Assembly (NCBI GenBank): GCA_016927735.1
Contig: JAFGMC010000002.1
Coordinates: forward strand, 4,290 to 68,289
DNA: 64,000 nucleotides
Source: Alphaproteobacteria bacterium
GTDB lineage: Bacteria > Pseudomonadota > Alphaproteobacteria > Rs-D84
Direction of reading: 5' to 3'
The translations under genes were made by a program, and so were the position numbers. This document shows positions 38,000 through 48,057 of the stretch, one piece after another. Positions within the stretch are counted from its first letter, which is position 1; each line of letters starts with the position of its first letter. The notes under the pieces were generated by a model. It was not told the origin of the DNA, made no database searches, and worked only from the letters and a program-made list of their open reading frames with translations.

Positions 38000-38443
38000 T
38001 TAAATAACTATTATTCCTTTTTCAATATCAACATTCGCGCCAATAAAAGAAATCATTTTACCAGATTCCATTTCCAAAATATCCCCAGCGCCAAAGTTTT
38101 GAATAGATTCAACTTTTCCTTGTTCTTCACCATTTATTATAACCGTCATACCTATCAGATCAGTTTGATAATATTCACCGTTTGGTAACGCGGGCAGGGA
38201 TTCACGATTGATAAACAATTCTGTTCCACGCAATTCTTCTGCTGCATTTCTATCATTTATACCAGAAATTTTACAAATAGCAACATCACGTCCAGCCGTA
38301 CGTATAAATTTTAAATCAATATTTTCAATTTTTAAAGTTTGTAAATCCGAAGGTTCAGAAGTAAAAGTCTGAACACGAACATCGCCACCCAAACCTTGGG
38401 CTGCTACAATTTTACCAATTAAAATCTTTGATTTTTCTGACAT
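38000..38443 (-). CDS. rimM: 16S rRNA processing protein RimM
   Basis: Start trimmed to ATG 38443 (MSEKSKILIGKIVAAQGLGGDVRV). PRC barrel C-terminus. Confidence 0.9.
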   Translation of the reverse strand: MSEKSKILIGKIVAAQGLGGDVRVQTFTSEPSDLQTLKIENIDLKFIRTAGRDVAICKISGINDRNAAEELRGTELFINRESLPALPNGEYYQTDLIGMTVIINGEEQGKVESIQNFGAGDILEMESGKMISFIGANVDIEKGIIVI

Positions 38444-38496
38444 ATATAAAATTATATAAACACTTGGTATTTTAACCAAGTGTTTATTTTTAAAAA

Positions 38497-38979
38497 TTAT
38501 TCAGCAGATGGAGTTTCTTCAATAGCAGTTTCTACTACTACATCAACAACTGGTGTTTCTTCTGCAACAGCTTCCACTGGTGCTTCAACAACTGGTTTTG
38601 CAGCTTCTTCTGCAGCGGCTTTGGCTTCAGCAATTTTTGCCAACTTGTCTGCTTTATCTTTTATTCTTAATTTTGTTTTTTCAGATTGCAGATGTTTCTT
38701 TGTTTGAACTGGATATTCTTTCTTTGGTAATACTTCAGCATTTGCCAAGAATTTATAAACTCTGTCTGATGGTTTTGCACCTTTTGCAATCCATGCTTTA
38801 ATTTCATCTATTTTTAAAATCACACGTTTTTCACTGTCTTTTGGTTGCATTGGATCGTATTTACCAACGGTTTCCAAAGTATTTCCAGAATTACGTGAAT
38901 TACGCGAATCTGTAACCACAATGTGATAATATGGGCGTTTCTTTGCGCCGAAACGAGCAAGTCTTATAACTGTTGCCAT
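38497..38979 (-). CDS. rpsP: 30S ribosomal protein S16 with Ala/Glu/Lys-rich C-terminal extension
   Basis: [22 protein letters not shown], followed by a charged tail of about 75 aa. Confidence 0.93.
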   Translation of the reverse strand: MATVIRLARFGAKKRPYYHIVVTDSRNSRNSGNTLETVGKYDPMQPKDSEKRVILKIDEIKAWIAKGAKPSDRVYKFLANAEVLPKKEYPVQTKKHLQSEKTKLRIKDKADKLAKIAEAKAAAEEAAKPVVEAPVEAVAEETPVVDVVVETAIEETPSAE

Positions 38980-39189
38980 TTTATTTTATCCTTTTTATTT
39001 TTTATACAAACAAACCCAACATCAAGAGCGAAAACTCGCCAGTTGATGTTCCGTTACGCATACCGCGTCCAGAGTCCAGTGATAGCAATCTTTGGGGATT
39101 TGCTTGCCGATTATGCAATATAATTATCAAAAAGTCAAATATATTCTGGACTTTTTATCATGCCAGTCCTAGAATCTCGGATATTATTT

Positions 39190-39263
39190 GCGGGCGTAGT
39201 ATAGTGGTAGAACGAAAGCTTCCCAAGCTTTAGGTGAGGGTTCGATTCCCTTCGCCCGCACCA
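39190..39263 (+). tRNA. tRNA-Gly (anticodon CCC)
   Basis: Acceptor GCGGGCG/CGCCCGC, anticodon stem AAAGC/GCTTT with loop TTCCCAA, T loop GGTTCGATTCC, encoded CCA. Confidence 0.9.
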
Positions 39264-39360
39264 AGTCTAAAATATATAATTTATAAAGAGGGGTATCTCT
39301 CGATGCAAACCTGCAATTCGCGACTAATAACGTCGCTCATTGTGTTTTTATTCGTTCGGT

Positions 39361-39379
39361 TTCCCTTCGCCCGCACCAA
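39361..39379 (+). repeat. direct repeat of the tRNA-Gly 3' end (att-like scar)
   Basis: TTCCCTTCGCCCGCACCAA at 39246..39264 (inside the tRNA) recurs exactly at 39361..39379. The similarity extends imperfectly into GTTCG upstream. Confidence 0.8.
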
Positions 39380-39382
39380 TAT

Positions 39383-39409
39383 AAAAACCGCAGTAAAACT
39401 GCGGTTTTT
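39383..39409. terminator. bidirectional rho-independent terminator
   Basis: AAAAACCGCAG-taaaa-CTGCGGTTTTT. Confidence 0.7.
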
Positions 39410-39719
39410 ATCTTTGTATTTCATTATTGTTTTTCATTTTTTCTATTTCTTGCAAAGAAATTTTAAATTCAACATCTGTCTTAACGGCTCTTAATGTCTT
39501 TACCGTTTCTTTTGATATTGTTTTTGAACTAAAATCTTTTTCTGCTTTTTCTATAATATGTACGATATCATTCATATGCAAAGCAATTGCTCTTTTCTTT
39601 AACTTATCCAAATCTGCAATTACACGCTCAGCAGCCACTTTTTCTTTATTTTCGACAGAAAAGCGACGATCTATAATTTTTCCTGATTTTACAAGATTGT
39701 TATATCTTCTGTCATTCAT
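39408..39719 (-). CDS. hypothetical helical protein (103 aa)
   Basis: ORF with charged helical composition, downstream of the LysM gene on the same strand. Confidence 0.45.
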   Translation of the reverse strand: MNDRRYNNLVKSGKIIDRRFSVENKEKVAAERVIADLDKLKKRAIALHMNDIVHIIEKAEKDFSSKTISKETVKTLRAVKTDVEFKISLQEIEKMKNNNEIQR

Positions 39720-39738
39720 TGCTTTTATCTTTAAAATC

Positions 39739-40947
39739 TTATTGAGTTTTTATAGGTATTTGCAAAGTTTGTTTTGGGAATATCAGGTTAGGGTTTTTAA
39801 TATTATTCTTTTCTGCAATGATGCTGAACAGAACACCTTTGCGTAAAAAATTTCTTGCAATAATCCATAAACAATCGCCACGACGAACAGTATAGAAAGT
39901 ATCATCCGTGCCGGTTGCAATTGGCATTATGAATTTATGTTTTATTTCTGAAACAGTTTTACCATCACCATCATGCAAACGTATAACCAAATTATATTCT
40001 TTGCCTGGTTCTAATTTTTCAACATCAGCGCCAATACCAAAATATTTATGATCTGACACATGTGCAAAACCAAGATATTTATCATTCAATGTTAATGATA
40101 CTCTTAAACGTGGCAATGCATTCCCGGTTATAACAATGCGTCCGCTTTCCAAATAATCAATTTTTGATACTGATAAATCACCGTCAACCAATTTTGGTGA
40201 CTGTAATAATTTACTTCCATCTTTTGTCATCAATAATGAAATAGAATTCGCATATCCGCGTTCTGAAATATAAATAAATACATTGTCTTTGGACTTTGTA
40301 TCATCAGAACCAATTAAACCTATGGTATAATTCCCAGGTTTAAATGTATGTTTTGGTGCATAAACAAATTCACCCTGCATATCTGTACGTTCTGTTGCAA
40401 CAACTTTTTTATTTACAACAATAGAGATATTTTGTTGTGGTAACCAACGACCAGCAATAACAACATCACCATCTGGTTCTATACGAACAATATCAAAGCT
40501 TGGCACAACTTTTTCATTAACTATTTTTATTATTTCTTTTGCTTCTTTAACTTCTTTGACAACAGGTTCTGGTACAGAAGGTACAATTACAATTTTACTT
40601 TCTTTTACGACATTCATATCAGAACGGATAAACGCGACCCAAACACCAACAGCAATAACTATGACCGAGCAAAAAATAGGGAACCAATATGCCATTATTC
40701 CAGAACGACTTTCTTTTTTAAATTCTGCGCGTTTTAATTTTCTGGCTTCTTTGGCAACAATTTTTGCTTTTCTTTCTGCAGCGTTTGTTGGGCGTGCAAA
40801 TATATTAAGTTTTTTCAGGAAACTTTTTGCAAAATCACGACGGCGCGACATCCAAGAATTTTGGCGGGCAATTGCACCATCAATCATATCATCAGTAGAT
40901 ATTTTAGTTTTGCCAATTCGGGCAGATTTATTAATTTTTTTCGCCAT
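39739..40947 (-). CDS. LysM-domain peptidoglycan-binding membrane protein
   Basis: Start set at ATG 40947 after GGAGAA. One TM (IMAYWFPIFCSVIVIAVGVWVAFI). C-terminal LysM (YTVRRGDCLWIIARNF...IKNPNLIFPKQTLQIP). Confidence 0.75.
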   Translation of the reverse strand: MAKKINKSARIGKTKISTDDMIDGAIARQNSWMSRRRDFAKSFLKKLNIFARPTNAAERKAKIVAKEARKLKRAEFKKESRSGIMAYWFPIFCSVIVIAVGVWVAFIRSDMNVVKESKIVIVPSVPEPVVKEVKEAKEIIKIVNEKVVPSFDIVRIEPDGDVVIAGRWLPQQNISIVVNKKVVATERTDMQGEFVYAPKHTFKPGNYTIGLIGSDDTKSKDNVFIYISERGYANSISLLMTKDGSKLLQSPKLVDGDLSVSKIDYLESGRIVITGNALPRLRVSLTLNDKYLGFAHVSDHKYFGIGADVEKLEPGKEYNLVIRLHDGDGKTVSEIKHKFIMPIATGTDDTFYTVRRGDCLWIIARNFLRKGVLFSIIAEKNNIKNPNLIFPKQTLQIPIKTQ

Positions 40948-41076
40948 ACCTGTTCTCCGATATTTATTAATAGATTCTCTATCTGTCCCTCTAGACAAAT
41001 ATTATTACAAAAAATCTTTCTTTGTCAACTTAATTTATGATATAATCACAAAGATAACACATAATCGGGGGAAATA

Positions 41077-42156
41077 ATGAAGAAAATTGGTATTATGACA
41101 ACTGGTGGGGATTGTTCTGGACTGAATACAATAATTCAAAGGTTGATTTTGGGTGCCACAGTCCGCGGTTGGCAAGTGATTGGTGTAAAAGACGGAACAG
41201 ATGGTTTGAACAAAAAAGATCCTGGTATCATTACTTTTGATTTAAATACCATGCCAATTGAAACTGCTAGATTATCTGGTAGTTGGTTGGGAAACGGTCA
41301 TCCTGGGGCTGAAAACTTTGAAACCGCCGCCCGCGAAAACAGAATTGAACAATTTAATAAGCAAATAAACCTATCATTATTAAAGCTGGGGTTGGATGCA
41401 TTGATTCTAATTGGTGGAAATGGCAGCTTGTCATTGGCGCATAATAACCGGGAAATATATTATGGACTATCACTGGTATGTATACCAAAAACAATAGATA
41501 TGGATATACCTATGACCGATAGAACCATCGGGTTTGAAACAGCGGTTCAACAAATTGTAAATTTCTGTGACCAATTGATTCTGACGGCACGCAGTCATCA
41601 CAGATGGTTTGTTGTGCAAACTATGGGACGCGATACTGGAAATCTTGCATTGAATGCGGGAATTGCGTTTGGTGCGGATGCTATTTTAATTCCAGAAATA
41701 AAATTTGATACCGATAATTTAATACAGCATATAAAAAAATCATATCGCGATTATGGAATAATATTGGTATCCGAAGGTATATCTTTACGTGGACATTCTG
41801 GACGTCCAGCAGATATTATTTCACGCATTCTGACCAAGGCTGGTATCACAAATCGTGCAGACTTTCCAGAACATACCCAAAGGGCAGGCGATACAACCGC
41901 AAACGACAGAATACTTGCCACATCAATGGCTGACTGTGCATTGAATGCGATTGATAATAATGAAACCTATGTTATGACAGCAAAGATTGGAAATGAAATT
42001 AAAACAGTTTCATTGGAAGATTTCTTTCATTCGGGAAATATAGTTTTTGATCCAAACATACCAGAATTAAAAGTATCAAATGCGTATGTATCCCCAAATA
42101 ATCCTTTATTAGAAATTGCAAATAACATGGGCATTTATATTGGTGAAACAAAATAA
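41077..42156 (+). CDS. pfkA: 6-phosphofructokinase
   Basis: KIGIMTTGGDCSGLN, LIGGNGS, IPKTIDMDI, TMGRDTGNLAL. The phosphoryl donor (ATP versus PPi) was not determined. Confidence 0.85.
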   Translation: MKKIGIMTTGGDCSGLNTIIQRLILGATVRGWQVIGVKDGTDGLNKKDPGIITFDLNTMPIETARLSGSWLGNGHPGAENFETAARENRIEQFNKQINLSLLKLGLDALILIGGNGSLSLAHNNREIYYGLSLVCIPKTIDMDIPMTDRTIGFETAVQQIVNFCDQLILTARSHHRWFVVQTMGRDTGNLALNAGIAFGADAILIPEIKFDTDNLIQHIKKSYRDYGIILVSEGISLRGHSGRPADIISRILTKAGITNRADFPEHTQRAGDTTANDRILATSMADCALNAIDNNETYVMTAKIGNEIKTVSLEDFFHSGNIVFDPNIPELKVSNAYVSPNNPLLEIANNMGIYIGETK

Positions 42157-42158
42157 TA

Positions 42159-42185
42159 AAAATCCCGCGATTGCGGGATTTTTAT
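42159..42185. terminator. bidirectional rho-independent terminator
   Basis: AAAAATCCCGC-gatt-GCGGGATTTTT between convergent pfkA and dnaK. Confidence 0.75.
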
Positions 42186-42204
42186 TATTATACAACTTTA
42201 TTTA

Positions 42205-44106
42205 TTATTCTTTTTCAGAAAAATCTGCATCGGTTGTTTTGTCATCTGATGGTTTTTCTTCATCCGATGATTTTTCGCCTTCGGCAGTGGCGGATTGTTG
42301 TGCCTTGTAGACCGCTTCGCCCAGTTTCATAGCCTTTTCAGTCAACGCGTCTGTTTTTTCTTTCAGACTTTCAACTGTTGCGCTTTCATTTGCCAATTCA
42401 TCTGCCAATTCTTTTTTGGCCGATTCAATAGCATTTTTTTCGTCGTCGCTGATTTTATCGCCATGTTCTTTCAGTGATTTTTCAATACTGAAAACTGATG
42501 CTTCGGCTGTATTTTTGGCCTCTACCAGTTCACGCTTTTTCTTATCTGATTCTGCGTTTGCGGCGGCTTCATCAACCATTTTTTTAATATCTTCTTCGGA
42601 CAAACCGCCATCAGATTTAATAGAAATCATTTGTTCTTTGCCGGTACCCTTATCCTTGGCCGACACATGAACGATTCCATTTGCATCAATATCAAATGAT
42701 ACTTCGATCTGTGGCATACCACGTTGGGCAGGAGCAATACCTTCTAAATTAAACTGACCCAGTAATTTATTATCTGCTGCCATATCGCGTTCACCCTGGA
42801 ATACACGAATTGTCACAGCAGATTGGTTATCTTCGGCTGTACTGAATACCTGTGATTTCTTTGTCGGGATTGTTGTGTTTCTATCAATCAATCTTGTAAA
42901 TACGCCACCCAATGTTTCAATACCCAATGACAGTGGTGTCACATCCAACAATAAAACGTCTTTTACATCACCCTTTAACACACCGCCTTGTATTGCCGCA
43001 CCCAAACCAACAACTTCGTCTGGATTAACACCCTTGTGTGGTTCACGACCAAAGAATTCTTTGACTGTATCATAAACCTTTGGCATACGTGTTTGACCAC
43101 CAACCAAGATTACTTCGTTAATTTTTGATTTATCCAAACCCGCGTCTTTCAAAGCTTTGCGACATGGTTCAATTGTTTTTTCAATCAAGTCTGCAACCAG
43201 TGATTCCAATTTTGCACGTGTCAGTGTTGTGTTAAAATGTACAGGACCAGATGCGTTTGCTGTTAAATAGGGCAAATTAATATCTGTACTGGTTTTTGAT
43301 GATAATTCAATTTTTGCTTTTTCTGCAGCTTCTTTTAAACGTTGCAGGGCCAATTTATCTGAAGATAAATCAATACCTTTTTGTGATTTAAATTCTGAAA
43401 CCAGGTGTTCCAAAATACGTGCATCAAAATCGGATCCGCCAAGTGCTGTATCACCATTTGTAGATTTAACCTCGAACACGCCATCAACAATTTCCAAGAT
43501 AGAAACGTCAAATGTTCCACCACCAAGGTCATAAACAGCAACAGTACCATTTTTATTTTTATCTAAACCATATGCCAACGCAGCAGCAGTTGGTTCATTA
43601 ACAATACGCAGAACGTTCAGACCAGCGATACGACCAGCGTCCTTGGTTGCCTGACGTTGGGAATCGTTAAAGTATGCAGGGACGGTAATAACAGCATCTG
43701 TGACTGTTTCACCCAAATAGCTTTCTGCGTCTTTTTTTAATTTTGAAAGAATCATTGCAGAAATTTGTGAAGGTGCATATTTTTTACCATCAATTTCTAC
43801 CCAAGCATCACCGTTATCACCGGCAATAATTTTATAAGGAACACGACCAGCAATTTTCTTAACCGCTGGGCTATCAAAGCGCAATCCCATTAAACGTTTA
43901 ATTTCATAAATCGTATTTTCTGGATTTGTGACCGCTTGATTTTTGGCTGTCACACCAACCAGTTGTTCGTTACCACCCGTAACAGCAACCACAGAAGGGG
44001 TTGTACGTTGTCCTTCGGAATTTTCTATAATCTTAGGGTCAGAACCATCCATAAATGCCATTGCTGAATTTGTGGTTCCTAAATCAATACCTAATACTTT
44101 TGCCAT
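42205..44106 (-). CDS. dnaK: molecular chaperone DnaK (Hsp70)
   Basis: [35 protein letters not shown]. 633 aa. Confidence 0.97.
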   Translation of the reverse strand: MAKVLGIDLGTTNSAMAFMDGSDPKIIENSEGQRTTPSVVAVTGGNEQLVGVTAKNQAVTNPENTIYEIKRLMGLRFDSPAVKKIAGRVPYKIIAGDNGDAWVEIDGKKYAPSQISAMILSKLKKDAESYLGETVTDAVITVPAYFNDSQRQATKDAGRIAGLNVLRIVNEPTAAALAYGLDKNKNGTVAVYDLGGGTFDVSILEIVDGVFEVKSTNGDTALGGSDFDARILEHLVSEFKSQKGIDLSSDKLALQRLKEAAEKAKIELSSKTSTDINLPYLTANASGPVHFNTTLTRAKLESLVADLIEKTIEPCRKALKDAGLDKSKINEVILVGGQTRMPKVYDTVKEFFGREPHKGVNPDEVVGLGAAIQGGVLKGDVKDVLLLDVTPLSLGIETLGGVFTRLIDRNTTIPTKKSQVFSTAEDNQSAVTIRVFQGERDMAADNKLLGQFNLEGIAPAQRGMPQIEVSFDIDANGIVHVSAKDKGTGKEQMISIKSDGGLSEEDIKKMVDEAAANAESDKKKRELVEAKNTAEASVFSIEKSLKEHGDKISDDEKNAIESAKKELADELANESATVESLKEKTDALTEKAMKLGEAVYKAQQSATAEGEKSSDEEKPSDDKTTDADFSEKE

Positions 44107-44143
44107 TTTTTACACTCCTTGTATAAACATTAGTCTGTGTGTG

Positions 44144-44171
44144 ATATAGTTATAAAAAAATCGATTTCAAG
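44144..44171 (-). promoter_or_regulatory. RpoH (sigma-32)-type heat-shock promoter of dnaK
   Basis: Minus strand CTTGAA (44171..44166), 16-nt spacer, CTATAT (44149..44144). This fits the alphaproteobacterial consensus CTTG-N17-CYTATNT. Confidence 0.5.
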
Positions 44172-44192
44172 GTTTGTATATAAAAAAATATC

Positions 44193-44222
44193 AAAAAAAA
44201 CCACCAAAATGGCGGTTTTTTA
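44193..44222 (-). terminator. rho-independent terminator after rplY
   Basis: Minus strand AAAAAACCGCC-atttt-GGTGGTTTTTTTT, with one mismatch in the stem. Confidence 0.6.
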
Positions 44223-44246
44223 TCTTTTATATTATTATTTACTTTC

Positions 44247-44879
44247 TTATTCAGCTTTTTTTACAGCTTCTTTCGAAACTTCTGCTGCAGAGGCTGTATT
44301 TTTAGCTTCTGTTTCTTCTGCCATTTTACCACCAATAGTAGCAAATGTTAATTCTTCTTGACGTAATCCCAATTCAACACCTTTTGGTAATTTCAAGTCA
44401 GAACCATGAACAGAGTCGCCAATATCCATATTTGTTAAGTCAATTTCAATTTTTTCTGGTATTGAGTCAATTAATCCGACCAATTCAACACTACGAACTG
44501 CAAAGTTTAATACACCACCCAATTTCAAACCCTTTGAAATTTCGTTATTAACAACTTCTACAGGAACAATCACTGTTACCGGTTTCTTAGAATTGATACG
44601 TTTAAAATCAACATGAATAACTTTATCGCTCACTGGATGATATTGAATATCAACCAACATTGCATTTTCTTTCGCTTCTTTTGTATCTATTTCAAATAAT
44701 TCTGTACGCAATCCTGGTTTTTTAATCAGCATTTCAAAGCTGTGACCATCCAATTTAATAGCGACAGGTGTTTTGTTTTCACCGTAAATTACGGCAGGTA
44801 TATTTTTGTTATTGCGAACTGCACGTGCGGCCCCCTTGCCAGCAACATTGCGAATTTCTGCGTTTAATTTAATTGCCAT
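44247..44879 (-). CDS. rplY: 50S ribosomal protein L25 / general stress protein Ctc
   Basis: Start trimmed to ATG 44879 (MAIKLNAEIRNVAGKGAARAVR..IPAVIYG) after AAAAGGAAAAAG. Two-domain Ctc form with an acidic tail. Confidence 0.9.
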   Translation of the reverse strand: MAIKLNAEIRNVAGKGAARAVRNNKNIPAVIYGENKTPVAIKLDGHSFEMLIKKPGLRTELFEIDTKEAKENAMLVDIQYHPVSDKVIHVDFKRINSKKPVTVIVPVEVVNNEISKGLKLGGVLNFAVRSVELVGLIDSIPEKIEIDLTNMDIGDSVHGSDLKLPKGVELGLRQEELTFATIGGKMAEETEAKNTASAAEVSKEAVKKAE

Positions 44880-44956
44880 TTCTTTTTCCTTTTTTATATA
44901 AATCCGACCTCCAAGGGTGTCGGCGGGGTACATTATTTATCAAAAATTCTGAAAAA

Positions 44957-45499
44957 TCAAGCTTTTTTTATTATTATAAAACGTGCCCGACCATATTTTT
45001 TATCTTTTAATACCGACCAATTTTCGGGGATTATTGGATGAAAATTTTCATTTTCCATTTCCCAAACTATGATTGCACCAGATTTTGCAATTATTGCGAG
45101 TTTTTGAACGAAATTCTTACCAAGATAATCTTTTTCATATGGCGGATCTAAAAAAAACAAATCTGCATTTGCGGCATATTTTTTAATAAAATCAATTGCT
45201 TCTGATTTTTCTACTTTGAAGTTTCCGGTTATATTCTTTAAATTACTTTTTATAGTATTTATAGAATCTTGTGAATTGTCTGTAAATATTACTTCTGCAT
45301 CATATCTGGATAAACATTCAATTCCAAACGCGCCACTGCCAGCAAAAACGTCCCATACAATACCTGGTTTAATCCCCATTGATTCAATCATATTAAATAA
45401 AGCGATTCTTGCACGATTTTGTGTTGGACGTGCATCGATTGGTACGGAAAGCTTTTTGCCACGCCACTTTCCTGAAATAATTTGCAAATTAGAATTCAT
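44957..45499 (-). CDS. rsmD: 16S rRNA (guanine966-N2)-methyltransferase
   Basis: IISGKWRGKKL, RPTQNRARIALFN, DVFAGSGAFGIECLSR, LDPPY. Confidence 0.88.
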   Translation of the reverse strand: MNSNLQIISGKWRGKKLSVPIDARPTQNRARIALFNMIESMGIKPGIVWDVFAGSGAFGIECLSRYDAEVIFTDNSQDSINTIKSNLKNITGNFKVEKSEAIDFIKKYAANADLFFLDPPYEKDYLGKNFVQKLAIIAKSGAIIVWEMENENFHPIIPENWSVLKDKKYGRARFIIIKKA

Positions 45500-45516
45500 A
45501 TTGTAAACTATATAAC

Positions 45517-45960
45517 ATGGACTTTATGAAGCAAGCTTTTATTTGTGCAGAAATGGCAAAAAGCCATGATGATGTGCCAATCGGCGCAGTGATTGTTCAT
45601 GATGGAAAAATAATTGCACATGGTGAAAACCAGGTACAGTTTAAAAAAAATCCAATATTGCATGCTGAAATAGTTGCAATAAACAAGGCTTGTAAAAAAC
45701 TGAATTCAAAATTTTTGGACGATTGCGAAATATACATTACGCTGGAACCTTGTGCAATGTGCGCCGTTGCAATTTCATATGCACGAATAAAGAAAATTTA
45801 TTTCGCTGCACGTGATATAAAAGGTGGGGCGATTCTGCATAATTCGAAAATCTTTCAAACCGACAAACATCTCTGGAAACCAGAAGTTGTTGAAGTTCCA
45901 GAATTCGGAATACAATCTGCAGATTTATTACAAGACTTCTTTAAAGCGAAACGAAAATAA
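45517..45960 (+). CDS. tadA: tRNA adenosine(34) deaminase
   Basis: CDA zinc motifs HAEIVAI and PCAMCAVAI. Confidence 0.9.
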   Translation: MDFMKQAFICAEMAKSHDDVPIGAVIVHDGKIIAHGENQVQFKKNPILHAEIVAINKACKKLNSKFLDDCEIYITLEPCAMCAVAISYARIKKIYFAARDIKGGAILHNSKIFQTDKHLWKPEVVEVPEFGIQSADLLQDFFKAKRK

Positions 45961-45972
45961 TTTTTAATTTTT

Positions 45973-47448
45973 TTAATCTATTAAACTGTGACCAGTCATT
46001 TCAGATGGTTGTGGCAGGTTTAAAATCTTTAAAATTGTTGGCGCGATATCTGACAAACCACCGTCTTTTACAGAATAATTTGTGTTGGACACAACGATAA
46101 AATTTACCTGATTCGTGGTATGCGCTGTCCAAGGCGAATTATCTTCTTTGTCCCACATTTTTTCCGCATTTCCATGGTCCGCTGTTATTAATATTGTCCC
46201 ACCCAAATTTAAAACTGCTGGAACAATTTGCGCCAGTTGTTTATCCAAACATTCCATTGCTAAAATTGTGGCGGATTCGTTTCCTGTATGACCAACCATA
46301 TCGCCATTCGCATAATTCAAAATAACAACATCAAATTCCGATAACCGCAACAATAATTCATGTGTAATTTCTGGGGCAGACATTTCAGGTTTTAAATCAA
46401 ATGTTGCGACATCTGGGGATGGTATTAAAACTTTTTCTTCACCAGGAAAATCTATATCACGTTCCGCATCAAAAAAATATGTGACGTGATTATATTTTTC
46501 AGTTTCTGCTATTCTTAATTGTCTTTTTCCAGCCGCTGATAATACCTCACCCAGAGTATTTTTTACTAAAACTTCAGTCAACAGTGCAGGGCATGAATCA
46601 TTCAACCCACCACCATATTCCGAGAAACAAAGCATTCTGGCATTTGTCTTTAATAACATTCTTAATATTTGTCGGGCACGATCACTGCGATAATTACCAA
46701 ATAATATTCCATCTTTTTCAGTTATAGGAACAGCACCAGAAATTATTATCGGTTTTATAAATTCATCTGATTCACCACGATTATACGCATCTGTCAATGC
46801 AGAATCAACCGAAGCAGAGGAATGTTCTGATTTTATATTTGCGATTGCATCAAAAGCAACTTGTGTTCTATCAAGATTTTGGTTTCTATCCATTGAATAA
46901 TATCTACCAGATAATGTTCCAAAAAAAACATCTCCAGATTCAATTGAACTTCCCAGCTCTTTTTTTATTAATCCTATATAAACACTTGCAGACTTTGCCA
47001 AAGTATCGCGACCATCTGAAATAAAATGGATACAAACTTTTAACCCTGATTTTAAAATTCTTTTTGTTATAAGAATTATTTCATTAATATCAGAATGAAC
47101 GCGACCATCTGACATCATTCCAATAACATGAACAATTCCGCCAAGATTTTTTATATCCAAAATAAAATCATTTAATGGTTTATTTTTATTCCAATCTTCC
47201 AATAAGAATCGACGCAAAAATTGATTTATTATACGACCAGAACCAATTGTTGAATGTCCAACCTCTGAATTTCCTATTACATTTTCTGGTAATCCAACTG
47301 CTGCACCGCTGGCGTCTAGTTTTGAATCGGGATATTTTTCAAATAATTCATTTAAAAACGGCATTTTTGCCTGTGCCACTGCATTATGATTTTTATCAGT
47401 ATTTATACCAACACCATCAAGAATACATAAAACCAAAGGCTTTGTCAT
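45973..47448 (-). CDS. gpmI: 2,3-bisphosphoglycerate-independent phosphoglycerate mutase
   Basis: LCILDGVG, NSEVGHSTIGSGR, ITADHGNAE. 491 aa. Confidence 0.93.
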   Translation of the reverse strand: MTKPLVLCILDGVGINTDKNHNAVAQAKMPFLNELFEKYPDSKLDASGAAVGLPENVIGNSEVGHSTIGSGRIINQFLRRFLLEDWNKNKPLNDFILDIKNLGGIVHVIGMMSDGRVHSDINEIILITKRILKSGLKVCIHFISDGRDTLAKSASVYIGLIKKELGSSIESGDVFFGTLSGRYYSMDRNQNLDRTQVAFDAIANIKSEHSSASVDSALTDAYNRGESDEFIKPIIISGAVPITEKDGILFGNYRSDRARQILRMLLKTNARMLCFSEYGGGLNDSCPALLTEVLVKNTLGEVLSAAGKRQLRIAETEKYNHVTYFFDAERDIDFPGEEKVLIPSPDVATFDLKPEMSAPEITHELLLRLSEFDVVILNYANGDMVGHTGNESATILAMECLDKQLAQIVPAVLNLGGTILITADHGNAEKMWDKEDNSPWTAHTTNQVNFIVVSNTNYSVKDGGLSDIAPTILKILNLPQPSEMTGHSLID

Positions 47449-47587
47449 TTTATCTCCGATATTTCATTACTTTCATCGGAAGGTATCATAACTGTTTTTT
47501 GATTGCAAAAGAAAAAGAAACCTTGTATAAACTACAATATAGTACTAGGAAGTTTTTCACAATTGTATTTCATTGGGGGATTAAAAG

Positions 47588-48001
47588 ATGAGCGGAAAAA
47601 TCTTCATGCCTACATCAATAGACCAACATATCGGACAACGTATGCAACTGCGACGTAATATGCTGGGGCTTTCCCAAAAAGACTTGGCAAATATATGTGG
47701 TGTGACATTTCAACAAATTCAAAAATATGAAGCAGCAGAAAATCGAATCTCTGCATCCAGACTGTTTGATGTCAGTGCTGCATTGGAAACACCTATTTCA
47801 TTCTTTTTTTCTGGGTTACCAGGGAATATGCCGGAAGAAACCCGGGCAAACAGATCCACACGTGTATCTGAACAAAAGAATGATGACCCATTGGGTAAGA
47901 ACGAATCCCTGTTATTAATAAATTTATATTGGAAATTACCTAATGAAGATCAAAGAAAAATCGTTATGAAAATGCTGAAAAGTCTTAACGGTACCGTTTA
48001 A
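47588..48001 (+). CDS. XRE-family helix-turn-helix transcriptional regulator
   Basis: IGQRMQLRRNMLGLSQKDLANICGVTFQQIQKYEAAENRISASRL. Confidence 0.8.
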   Translation: MSGKIFMPTSIDQHIGQRMQLRRNMLGLSQKDLANICGVTFQQIQKYEAAENRISASRLFDVSAALETPISFFFSGLPGNMPEETRANRSTRVSEQKNDDPLGKNESLLLINLYWKLPNEDQRKIVMKMLKSLNGTV

Positions 48002-48020
48002 TAATGAATTTACTTAATTA

Positions 48021-48047
48021 AAAAAGACCCATTTTCGGGTCTTTTTT
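48021..48047. terminator. bidirectional rho-independent terminator
   Basis: AAAAAGACCC-atttt-CGGGTCTTTTTT between convergent genes. Confidence 0.75.
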
Positions 48048-48057
48048 ATTGAAAGTA

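Noticed and set aside
38480-38801. Ala/Ser/Thr-rich and Leu-rich plus-strand ORFs
   Set aside because: They are antisense to the low-complexity Ala/Glu/Lys tail of rpsP and are a compositional artefact.
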